Shown here piece after piece: positions 52,560 to 64,000 of a DNA stretch of 64,000 bases. The translations under genes were made by a program, and so were the position numbers. The stretch is from contig CT868673.1 of NCBI GenBank assembly GCA_000165425.1, positions 218,886 to 282,885 of the forward strand. Reading direction: 5' to 3'. Source of the stretch: Paramecium tetraurelia. Lineage: Eukaryota. Under the pieces are notes generated by a model, which was not told where the DNA came from, made no database searches, and saw only the letters and a program-made list of their open reading frames with translations. Numbering within the stretch: the stretch's first letter is position 1; every line of letters begins with the position of its first letter.

Positions 52560-53059
52560 CACTAAAGATTTAGAAAAAGTTATAGGAAATAAATATATAT
52601 CTTAAATATAGCGTTTATATACTATTCCACCAATCAATCTAGCAGTAAAACTTCCTATTAGAATTACCCAATAAGGATCAAAATAGTATAACAAACCAAA
52701 AAAGAACAAGCCTACACCTTATAAGAATATGCCAATAACCATTATTTTCTATCTATTATCCTATGGTTTAGCATATTTTTATCATTGGTTATTACTTTTC
52801 CTAAAATCAAGGGAAGAATAAATTGTCCCAAAGGATTAGCTGCAAATACAATACCTATGATATTTTCAGAAAGTTCTTAGATTTACACCAGAAAACTTAA
52901 ATTTAATCACTATAATCTATTTACTGTAACAAATTATGGGTAAAATGGTACAATGATTGACATAGCAAGATTACGAACTAAATCGCATGTGAATAGAAAA
53001 TGCCCAATAAAATTAAATAAAAACATATGGCTTGACAAAGAATCAAGCAATAATTTCAT
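52560..53059 (-). pseudogene. Decayed MFS transporter fragment (first TM helices only)
   Basis: SIIVPFYPQF, IGIVFAANPLGQFILPLILGK, GIFLQGVGLFFFG..ARLIGGI; frames cannot be joined with normal-size canonical introns and similarity fades after TM4. Confidence 0.55.
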
Positions 53060-53833
53060 CAAAGTTCAAATCAATAAAGACATTAAAGAATATATAGCTT
53101 GTAAATTAATATATCTAATCATGAAAGTGGCTTTGATTAATAATGTAACCTTTAATATTAATAATATTCATAAAAATATTATGGCACTTTTCATAAGTCA
53201 TTGAAATAAACATATGTATGCTAGAATTAAAATCTGTTATTTTTCAGAATGAGAATGATGATCAATTCTTTGAATATTAAGATAAAAACAAAAGTTTTCA
53301 ATTAATTTTATTAAAATAGTAATTTTTATTTTCTAAAAATAGGTAAAAGATTAATTATTAAACATATGAACTCTCAAAATATATTTTTAATTCTATAATC
53401 CATTAGCATCTAGAAGCGACCCTTTATATTAAATATAGTATTTATCAAATTGATAAATTCTGTAGAAATTTACAAAAAAAGCAAAGAACAAAATAAGATA
53501 CAAAATATATATGATTATTGATTAACTTGCTCAGGTTTCTTACTTCTTGAAATGCTTTCATCCTAATAATTTTTGATTTAATCAAATATTATATTATGGC
53601 ATATTGCAATTCGTTTAATATATTAATTGAAGCGTAGAATTTTACTGAAAGCTCTAAGCTCCTCCATGTACTTAAACTCAAAATAAATAACAAATATGAT
53701 ATACAATAATTTTGTGACTAATATGTCGAATCAAAAATAAAGTGTAATCAAATACATTGTGATATTGTTCTTTTTTGATAATATATAAGGGGGATTAATA
53801 TCTTTTTGTTATTAATTATTTTTTATTTTAATA

Positions 53834-54439
53834 ATGGCAAGAAGAGGTCAATAACCACCACCATAATAACAATAAGCTCCACCAACTCAAAAAAATTAAG
53901 CAGGAAAATTCAACCCTGCTGAGTTTGTGAAACCAGGATTGACAGAAGAAGAGGTTTTGGAAATTAAGGAGGCTTTTGACTTATTTGATACAGATGGGTA
54001 TGTATTATTTAGATAATCTTAGTACTTAATCTATTGACCCAAAGGAATTAAAGGCTGCTATGACATCATTGGGATTCGAAGCCAAAAATCAAACAATCTA
54101 TTAAATGATTAGCGATTTGGATACAGATGGAAGTGGTCAAATCGATTTTGCTGAATTTTTGAAATTAATGACAGCAAGAATTAGTGAAAGAGATTCTAAA
54201 GCTGACATTCAAGTATCTAAAATAATAATAATTTTCATTAGAAAGTCTTCAATCTTTTTGATTCAGAAAGAGCTGGTGTTATCACTTTGAAGGATCTCAG
54301 AAAAGTAGCAAAAGAATTAGGAGAAACAATGGATGACTCCGAATTATAAGAGATGATTGACAGAGCTGATTCTGATGGGGATGCTTAAGTGACATTCGAA
54401 GATTTCTATAATATAATGACCAAAAAGACATTTGCATGA
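53834..54439 (+). CDS. ICL1: Infraciliary-lattice centrin (caltractin), ICL1 subfamily; N-terminus fits ICL1c/ICL1f as I recall them
   Basis: [55 protein letters not shown]...[13 protein letters not shown]-hands, two short introns. Confidence 0.95.
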
Positions 54440-54547
54440 TTCAAATCAATAACACATATAATATAACATAAATATATCAATCTTATTGATGATAAATATA
54501 AAAGAAAATACATGAATGTGAATACATATGTATGAACAATGTAAATC

Positions 54548-55621
54548 TCATTTATCTTTTTCTTCTCTAGGATCAATATACACAGCTGGGATCAAGCCTG
54601 CTCTATAGGTAGAAATAACCTTGTGAACAAGTTCAGATCTCTTGATCTTTGGATGATCGTTGAAATCTTATTATTAAAATTCTATGAAATCATTCGGAGA
54701 AGCAGGAAAACTATAATAATGACTATAAAATCCAGAACTACTCCATATCACCAAAGAGTACTCCTTTCCAGCTTAAATTTTTTGAGGAATCTTTAAAACT
54801 ATATCATAACACCTATCAATCACTTTTTCATTATAATGCTTTAAAGTTCTACTTTCCATGTATATGGCCTTTTTCAATAAGTTCTTTTTATGATAGAGGG
54901 CAAAGTTAAAATTAATAGGTTTTTTTTAATGATTATGCACATTTGAACAAAATAGTATAGGCTATTTAAAACCTAGCAATTTGAAGTTTCTAAATGCTGT
55001 GAAGATGGTCACAAATTACGCGCCTTATTCTAGTCTCCATGGCCAATTTTCCTCATTAAATGTTTTAAGTCTTTAGATTTCTAGTTTGTCTAACATAAGT
55101 GCGTTTTCAAACTTGTCAGGACTTGCAACTCTTATGTATTCTTCTGACTTTAATTTCTTTAGGGTTTATGGTGATTATTTATTTGCATCTTTATCTAGAA
55201 AAGGAAGACTATTTAAAGATGAAGGAAATTGAGGTTTTGAAAACTCAACAGGCGATTTGATAGCATCAATTACTCTTTGTAATTTTGATGAGATGGAATC
55301 CCTGAGAACCTAAAAAATCTAATACTTTTTCTTGAGGAAAGCACTTAATTGTGAAATTTCATTAGGAGGTTTCTCATACTTTATTTCCTATAGTTAGGTT
55401 GTTAAGTCATTTTCAATAGAATGAACCATCTTTTGTATGATAGCTTTGAATAGGGTTACAATACTAAGAGTTTCTTTTACAAAAACATTATCCACGAGAT
55501 ATGATATAGGAACTGTCTCATGTTCGTGTTTACATATTTTGCATATGCATCTAGTTTGACAATTGGGATCTACGCAAAAGTTTATAATATCTTCTTTATG
55601 CATAGAACAATACGGATTCAT
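54548..55621 (-). CDS. B-box-like zinc finger protein with putative PHR-like C-terminal domain
   Basis: CSMHKEDIINFCVDPNCQTRCICKICKHEH at the N-terminus; C-terminal IQAGKEYSLVI..GLIPAVYI. Confidence 0.7.
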
Positions 55622-55683
55622 AAATAATAAATATTTATAATTAAAAAAGAAACATTCAAAAAAAAAGTAATATTTAATTAGTA

Positions 55684-56223
55684 TCATATTTCCACTTTTT
55701 AATTAACGAATTCTTTTCTCATTATATAGTTACTTACCATTTTTTCTGGTTCTTATGCAGCAGAATAATAATTACAGATTCCAGGGATATATGGGAATGG
55801 ATCAGCAACTTTGTTGCTGAACATTAAATCTAAGAATAACTGATCAGCAATGTATTCTTAAAATAGCTCTTTAGATTCAGAATCATCTTTTATGGAATCT
55901 CTTAAGTCTTTAATTTTAATTTTTGATTATTTGTCTTTTTGTCTAAATTCTATTAACCTTTTAAACCCTTTTGGAATACTTTCATATCTTTTATTGTATT
56001 TGGTTTTTTTAATCCATTTAACAATGTTGTTCCCAATCATCTTTGGAAAATTCTTGTAATTGATGTCCTCTTGTTTAATGTTGATGGTCACAGCCTTGGT
56101 CACGTTAGTTGGTAAGTGTTGACCTTGATTGAAAAAGGATTATTCAAAATCTTCCTGATAATCTCCTATCTAATCATCATAATAAGAATGCTCTTCGAAA
56201 AGTGCTAAAAGTGATTAGTTCAT
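55684..56223 (-). CDS. Hypothetical protein, KNFPK-family paralog 1
   Basis: Intronless ORF, NYKNFPKMIGNN..LDLMFSNKVADPFPYIPGICNYYSAAQEPEKMVSNYI. Confidence 0.8.
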
Positions 56224-56324
56224 TAATAGATAATTAATTCAAATTATCTGATTGAACAATGGTTAAAAAAAACGTGTAATTCTATTAAATATTGAAAAAC
56301 AAAAAATAATATTTTAAGATTATT

Positions 56325-56819
56325 TCATTTAATGATGTAGCTTCCAACCATTTTCTATGGTACAAAACTAGCTGCATAATAGTTACATATCCCAGTTATA
56401 TAAGCCAAAGGATCATTAATTTTAGGACTATAAATCAAATCTAATAGCAATTAATTTTTCAAATAAATTTGAAATAATTTCTATGATTCTCCATCTGATA
56501 GGCAAACCTGTCTCAAATCTGCAATCTTGAAACCTACTTATTGATGTGCCGTCTTTTTTTTGATCATTTCTTATATCCCTTTGGGATGTTTTGAGGAATT
56601 ATATGTGGCATATTTGCACAGATTATTTCCAATCAATTTTGGAAAGTTCTTCAAATTCCTTTCCTAACCTTTTTATTTTTTAATTGGTAACTATAATCCT
56701 TAGATTTTTTTAGTGTTTATTAAATTCTTATTATTAGATTGGGTTTCTTCAATAAATAGTTGTTCTTCGAGAAACTAATCTGTTGGTTTTATTTAATTCA
56801 CTTTTTACATAGAGATCAT
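56325..56819 (-). CDS. Hypothetical protein, KNFPK-family paralog 2
   Basis: Intronless ORF, NLKNFPKLIGNN..LDLIYSPKINDPLAYITGICNYYAASFVPQKMVGSYI. Confidence 0.8.
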
Positions 56820-58284
56820 TTATTATTAATTAATAATGCTCTGCTTTTGATATATGAATCAATGCTATTTCTATTAATAAAATTTTTTAAAAATATATAT
56901 GTTAATTAAATATAAGTTTCAATTCTTATTATCAGTTAGAATAAATAGCCATTGGTATAATCTGCAACTTTCTATCATAGTCTAATCAAATGCAATTTTT
57001 TATTCTCTAAAAGGTAGATTTGACAAACAGGCAAATTCTTCATTTAGCTATAAGACAAATATTATGATATAAGTTTTATGTTTAGAATACATTTAACTTA
57101 ATTGGCTTCTTATAATAGGGTTTGGTATCTATTAAAAATTAATTGAAATAGTTTTCATCCATTTTTTAATAAAGTATATATTATCTTTGATAAATTAGAA
57201 ATAAGAAAGTAATTTAGAATCTAAAAAATCCTCATTCTGTCTTAAGGACTTTAAGAAATATTTATTGTAAAATTTAGAGGAAATTTCACTTACACAATTT
57301 AAATTATAAAATATCTATGAATCTTACATTAATGAAAGATTGGTAGAGTAATTTTCTATTGAAAAATGCTTCTTCTTGTGCTAATTCAACTATTAACAGT
57401 TAATCGACTATATCTTTATTACAAGAATAACTATTTTGAGTTTCTCGTCTAACTATAATTTGTATTGTATAGAATAGGATATTGCTTGATAATGTATTCA
57501 TCATTCTCTAGCTTTGATTAATCATCTGTTAGTATATGTTGCTAAATGCATTTTTTATAAAATATATTTTATATTGATCCTTGATTATTCGCAATTTAGT
57601 TCTTTGCAAGAAGCAACAATAGAATGTAAAAATGTATTTTATCAGAAAACTATTCAAACATTACAAGCTCACAAATCTTGTAGAAGTGCAAAACAATTTA
57701 TCTATTACTTCTCAGGATAAACAAAGAAAATAAAATATATGAATAACGCCATTTTATGAACTTTAAAATTAAATAAATCCCTTATTTAAATCACACTATT
57801 TATTACAGTTTTTTTTCCATAAGTCTAGTTTTTAAGCTAAAACACATTATTTAACTTCCTACTTCTAACAGCTCTTCAAAATTATAGTATTGTTTCTTTG
57901 AATAAAAGAAGACTGATAAGCTTTTTGTATTTATTCATTAATTATATCATAATATACATAAATTTGAATAAGAACACAAGTTAGGATAGTCTTTTTATTA
58001 TTAGAAATTTAGAATCAAAGTTTTCTTCTTAATTAGTAGCATACATAATCAACACATGTTAAGGTAGGGAAAAAAATTATGGAATTTATGAAAAAAATTA
58101 ATTACTTCCTTTTTAATTACTTGTTACATAATAGAATCAACAATTTAATAATTGATTTTGAAATAGTATCCTCTAATTAAAACAGATAAAGCTAAATAAA
58201 ATTCGTCAAAATTTGATTTCAAATCTGAAATAATTAATTATTACCTTCTCTAATTAAATTTGACAAATTTTATTTTATTTATTT

Positions 58285-61200
58285 ATGCTTAAGTTGAGAT
58301 ATTTTCAATAATCTTTAAGAGGAGGAGGATCTGCCTTTTCTTCTACTAGTAATAGTCAGGGAGTACCCTAGAACATTTAAATTGAGGCTTAATTACATTC
58401 AACACTTTTAAATGCTTTTTTAGTTAACTTAAATAAAAGACTAGAGCAAATTGAACATATAAAAGAGATTATGAGCACCGAAGAAGGCAAAAGCGTGTTG
58501 AATAGGAACATTGCTTGGTTTTTGGAACTCGAACAATTATTTTGTTATTTCCAATTTCAGATTGACTTGGTCAAGAGACACAAATAAATTATCGAAAAGA
58601 CACTCTAATGTTTCTTAGAATTGGCATCAACAACAATCTAATGGGACAGGTCGATCGCTTTAAAAGTATTAAAAATTTGCAACTCATTCTCCAGATTAAT
58701 ATTTATTTTTTACTCTAATTCAAATGAAAGAACTCAGTAATAGCAGATAGATAGATTGACATAGTTAACGGTCAATATTACCAATTATGTTAATTTGGAG
58801 GGTGAAACATCTTTATTTTATAATGGGTTAATTTATGAGCTAACCTTGATCTAAGCCTGTATTAAGTATATACCAACCTAAGAGGAGTCACAACAAAAAA
58901 ATGATTCTGCTATTGCTATTCTTAAAGAACTTGTAAACTCAGCTGTTAATTTAAAACCATCTCCTGATTTAGCTAGTTCAATTTCAAAAGGGGCGTTATT
59001 TTTATATTAACAATATCAAAAGAAGAAATCAATGGAACAATTTCAGAAGTGCCTATTTTTAGAATAATTAAAATGGAATATCTTGATGAGTATTAAAGCT
59101 GGTGTATTGTTTAATGAAATAGAAGACAAAATTAATGATAATTACAATAAAATTATTAAATAAGGGAGTGATTGGGCTATTTAATATTCTTGGATTAAGA
59201 TGGCAAGTGAACTAATGGCATGCAAACCACAAATTACTAAAGTCAAGTTTTTAAGTTTATAATAAGGTTCAAATTAAGCGATGACATGGGAACAAGCCTA
59301 ATCAGATAATTTGATTAATGTAATCCATAAAGATTTTGAAATTGCTGAGATTATTGCAAAGAATTAAACATCAAATATTGGCATTAAATTATAAAGCATT
59401 TCTAGACAGTATTACAATCTCTAAAACTTTTTTATGAATGGAAATTAAGTCATACCTAAATTCATTGGTTACTATACCTTAGAATCAGGAAAAGATTAAA
59501 TAAAGTTAGATAATGAATCAAACCAAGATTATTTTAAGATGATATAAGCATTAAGACAAATACCTTTTGATAAAATTGCTTACAATTTCAATGAATTTTT
59601 AAATAAATTTTCAGCATATTTAGCTAGTTTTTATTAAATAGAACCTAAAACAATGGATTTTACAGATTTCCAATATCATTTAATATTAATTTAAGAACAA
59701 TATCAATCTTTGCTCAATGATGTGATTAAATTTTAGATTTCAAGGAATTATATAAATAATATTATTGAAATAATCTCTCCACTTTTAATAAAATCAGATG
59801 AACTTAACAAATAGCAAACAACAATATATCATAATTGTTTTTAGACTTTTCTATATAATTATTCTAAGATATAGAGCAAAAAGTAATTTGATAAGAAAAT
59901 TGATATTTATGATAAGCTTGTAAATTGGTTAAAACAAATAAATATAGTTTAAGAATAACAAATTAATTACTAAAAGCAATTTGGAAAGAAGTTGCCAGAA
60001 GACTGCTTTGCCTTATCAAAAATTTAAGAAAAACCCTTTTAAACGTAGTTGAATTATCTGATTTTTGCACTTTAATTTTGTTAAATATGGAATCAATAAG
60101 TGTCTCTACTTTCATCATTGTTTACAGCAGAACACATTATAATCAATAAATAAGTTATCATAACAAAATAAACTTAAGAGGATGAAATGAAATCTATATC
60201 AGATAATCTAATTGAAGAATTTATTAATAGGTAGAATGCTAATTTCGAATATCTCCATTCTATCTATTCAATACTTTAAATGTAATATGAATAATTCTTT
60301 GAATTAAAAGCATTGCTCTTTGATAATTTTTCTTTAGAAGATTTTGAAAAAATTTAAAAGAAATAAAAAATTGAATTCCTAATTGATTTAAAAATTGATT
60401 TCAATCTGTATTTTCAGTATTAAATCAATCAGCATCAATAATTGATTCAATTACTTGATAATCAAAATGAGATCCTATCTAATTAAATGAAGGAATATCA
60501 AATTAGAAAACTTAACTATTTTTGCTTTATATTTAACTTTTCTCTTATTTCAATAAATTAAATATTTAGCTTTAATTTAGATTCCATAAAGAAAATGGAA
60601 ATGTTAGTAGAATTCGTTAGCAGAAAAGACAACAAGATATTATAAAATTTTAAATCAAACTAAATAAAACTTTAAACTCAAATTGATCTATTGATAGCAT
60701 CTAAAGATAAGATATAATAATTTAGCAATATTGAATACGTAGAAAAAGTAAAGGAATTTGAAATTTCTGTCTAAGCCATTTAATAAGAATTGCTAATAAT
60801 AAATAATAGCGACTACAGAACTTAATTAGTTAATGAATTAAATAAATTTAATGAGTTCTTAGTGCATGCTAGAACAAGATAAAAAAATTAATTGGATTCA
60901 ACCATTGAAGCTCTAAAAACATGTACTTTAGAGTTCATTGATAAAATTGAAAATTTGTTTAAAAATTTGAAACAATCTTGGAAACAAGAATTGATTACTG
61001 AAATGAGTGAAAGCATAGATGAAAGAAAGCCAAATTAAGCTAAATTGTTAGAATTCACCAATAATTTCAAAAATTAAGTTTTGTAAGTGTAATAATCAAT
61101 TGAATTTTCTGAAGTAGACACATTGTAAAATTTGGTGGATTTAATGAGATTTACAGTTTAAAATAATACAATACATACTTAATGCGAAGATAAAATCTCT

Positions 61201-64000
61201 AAAATATTATAAAAATTTCAACTCTTCATATCTAATATAAAAAGCCTTAATTATGAGGCATTTTGTAAAAGTTATTCAGAGTAATTATATTCTATTACTT
61301 AAAACCATAAAGAATTAGACCGATTTCTCAAAGATGAATTGAATTTCATATTTTCACCTGTTTAGAATTAAGTTCAAACTAATTTAAAATAATGTAAATA
61401 AAGCATAACAGCGTCTATACTTGAATTTATTCAAGGTAATTCTTGGAGAGTAAAAGAAGGATTCTTATTTTAATGTATTCAATTAGAAAATCAATTGCAA
61501 GAATAAAATAAATAATCTATACAAAAAATATTAATCCTAATTGCAGCCAAGGAAACGAATTTGAAAATATTAGTAACACTTAAAAACAAACAAATAGTAT
61601 AACAGATGTATTAAGGATTCTCTAAGAATTGGCCAGAAGTACAAAGTGAGATTTAATCAGATTTAGCTAGCTAAATAAGTAGATTAGAATAGCTTTAATT
61701 TAGTATTTCAACTGCTGAAACTGATAGAAAGAAAGAGCAGCTACTTAAGGAACACAAAAAATTGGAAGAACAAGTTGAATAATAAATATTAAATGTGAAT
61801 CAAATTGGTGATGCTTTAGGTATCACTATCAATTTCTTAAGAGAAATTAAATAAGATCTAAATAAGATTCAATAGAAATTAGATCAAATGCTTAATAAGA
61901 TAGATGAAGTAGTTCAAGATATTAAATAATTAATTGGAAAGACACCTAAATAATTATTCGAAATTAGGATGTAATATATTTTATAATAAAAAATTGCAAA
62001 TGATTTCAATAATGTTTATGTAAATCTAAGAACAAAGGAATTGAAAGAGAATTTTAAAGATGAAGATGACGAAACTACTCTTTTTAATGATGTTTCTTAG
62101 AATAAAGGTGAAATTGATGAATTTTTATAATAACCAAAAGATTCTCTCCTTATTCATGGACCAGCAGGTTCTGGTAAAAGTGTAGCTGCTATAAAAATAG
62201 AAGAATACATCTGGCTATAATATTAATAGTTGAATTTAGATGAATGGTCAAAGGATTCAGAACAGATACCAGTTGTTCCTATATTCATTCAATTAGCAAG
62301 TTTAAAAGATCCTTATTTTAAAGCCATTGAGGAATCTTTAGCTTCAACGAACTATAATTTTGATTGGAGATAAATACAAGCTTTCTAAACTTAGGTTGAA
62401 GAAGGTAAGGTTGCAATCGTTTTCATTCTTGATAGTTTTGATGAATTAAGTAATAATTAAATAAATCTAATTTAAAATAATAAATTGAAGAATTGGAGGT
62501 AATAGTTATTAAACTTAAGCGATTTAGCCTAGGGTCAATAAAGAATATATAGTCTTAATTATCCAAAAGTAATTACTACAACTAGATCAGAAGTATTTGA
62601 GTTGAATAGTACAAATTATAGATAATGGTTTAGTAGTGAATCACTATTGGATTTTACGAAATATAAAGAATTAAGAATTCTCAGTTTTGATGATAATTAA
62701 AAATAAGACTACTTAAAATAATATTCATATACTTAAATAAAAAAGACTTTGCTTGATTATTTTGAAAAGTACTCAATTATTTAAAAAAGAGGAAGAAACC
62801 TTATTAATGAAGTTGAAAAAATATGGAAAAATGTAGTTGACAAGTTGGAACGATTTAATCATTATCAATAATCAAATGATTTATATTTAAGCGATAAACA
62901 AATCAATATCATAACCTCAATTTTGAAAAGTGAATTCAAGTTGTCTAATAAACAAGATTAATTTGCGATTTTAGAAAGGTAGTTAAGACATATTTAAACT
63001 CCTTAATTCTACAATAATAATATAATTGATTTTAATTTGGAGCAACTTCTCAAAACACCATTTATGATGAAAATAGTTATTGACGTATTACCTTAAATCA
63101 ACTCTTAGAAATAACAGCTCCAGTAGAATTATTTTATTTCTAATTATACTCATTCAATGTATGAAAAATACGTTAAGAAGAAAGAAATCAAAGAAATTCG
63201 ATAGTTTTTAGAGAGAATTTCTTTAGAATAATATAAGGAAGATTAAGCAGATGAATTAAATAACCAATCATAAATACCAGAATAGCCAGAGTACTTAGAG
63301 GTTGATGAAGATACTAACCCACCTTCGCAATACTATATGGATGAGAGAATTTAATAAATGAAAAAAGCCTCACAAAATTCTCAGGATTATTATTAGTAAT
63401 CTAACTAATATTACTAAAAATAGCAGCATTCAACTTAAAATTAAAAGTCATCACAAAGTTAGTAATAAATGCCTAAAAATTATAGCGAATTTTAATATGG
63501 TTATCCATAAACGATGGATATTTAAAATTCTAGAAGTCCTCATGTAAATCCTACGAATTATTAAGAATAGCTGAAATAAGGATCGCCTTCAACAAGTACA
63601 CCTTAAAGGCCATTTACAGCAACACAGAATTTTCAATAAATTCCTAATCAATACAATTATGAATAAGCGAAATAATAAATGCCTTTAAGGGTAGAAGAAA
63701 ACAATGAGAGATACAGATAATCTAATTATTATGAGTAAATTAAGCAGCCTATGCCTTTAAATGTTAGTTCCTAACAAAGAGTAGTTGGTACCTATTAGGT
63801 CTCAAGATCAAGTGCAGCTAATCATCAAATGAAACCTTTAAATAATAGTACCCATGACAGAGAGGAAGTAAATTATTAGGGATATGAATCACCTAATAAT
63901 TATTAAGGATAGGTAGAGTATGCAAAAAGGGTTGCTTAAGAAAGGAGTTAAGCATATTCTCCAAATTTCAGAACATCATAGGCAGATTAACCTCCAATTG
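58285..64000 (+). CDS. Giant NLR-like NACHT protein, copy B (inverted paralog of 39033-48313; 3' end beyond window)
   Basis: MLKLRYFQQSLRGGGSAFSS..., same frame at the ATG and at IHGPAGSGKS (about 62152-62181), VFILDSFDEL, TPFMMKIVIDVLP; colinear with copy A. Confidence 0.88.

Noticed and set aside
56900..58150. Scattered Cys-containing frames, possibly a surface-antigen-like remnant
   Set aside because: Multiple TGAs and no clear Cys periodicity; cannot be assigned
43240..63360. Inverted repeat interpreted as transposon terminal repeats
   Set aside because: The arms are NACHT coding sequence, the interior holds ordinary cellular genes, and no transposase is visible
1..64000. Apparent lack of long ORFs, suggesting mass pseudogenisation
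   Set aside because: Artefact of the standard code; TAA/TAG encode Gln and tiny introns restore the frames

Overview
AT-rich, gene-dense ciliate macronuclear DNA, almost certainly Paramecium. Genes read through TAA/TAG as Gln (translation table 6), end in TGA and carry tiny ~20-30 nt GT..AG introns, and an ICL1-type infraciliary-lattice centrin is present. The supplied standard-code ORF track is therefore mostly uninformative, so I re-translated by hand and found about 28 coding regions. They include an ALDH3, a two-TM ciliate-family protein, a pseudokinase-MORN protein, a DUF4485-like protein, a CNBD-family K+ channel, PKG, a SHIPPO/PGPGxY-repeat protein, a polyQ Deltex-type RING-DTC ligase, a ULK/Atg1-like kinase, a VPS9 GEF, a copine and a centrin. 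The most striking structure is a divergent (inverted) pair of giant NLR-like STAND genes: copy A at 39033-48313 (-, NACHT-pentapeptide-WD40) and copy B at 58285->64000 (+). Both begin with a 14-aa leader ending in the ubiquitin-like LRGG, followed by a cryptic GxxxS myristoylation motif. They share mosaic near-identical tracts suggestive of gene conversion and differ in a hypervariable insert. Copy A has two +1 frameshifts that one 29-nt GT..TAG intron would repair. All coordinates and domain calls are manual; no database searches were run.
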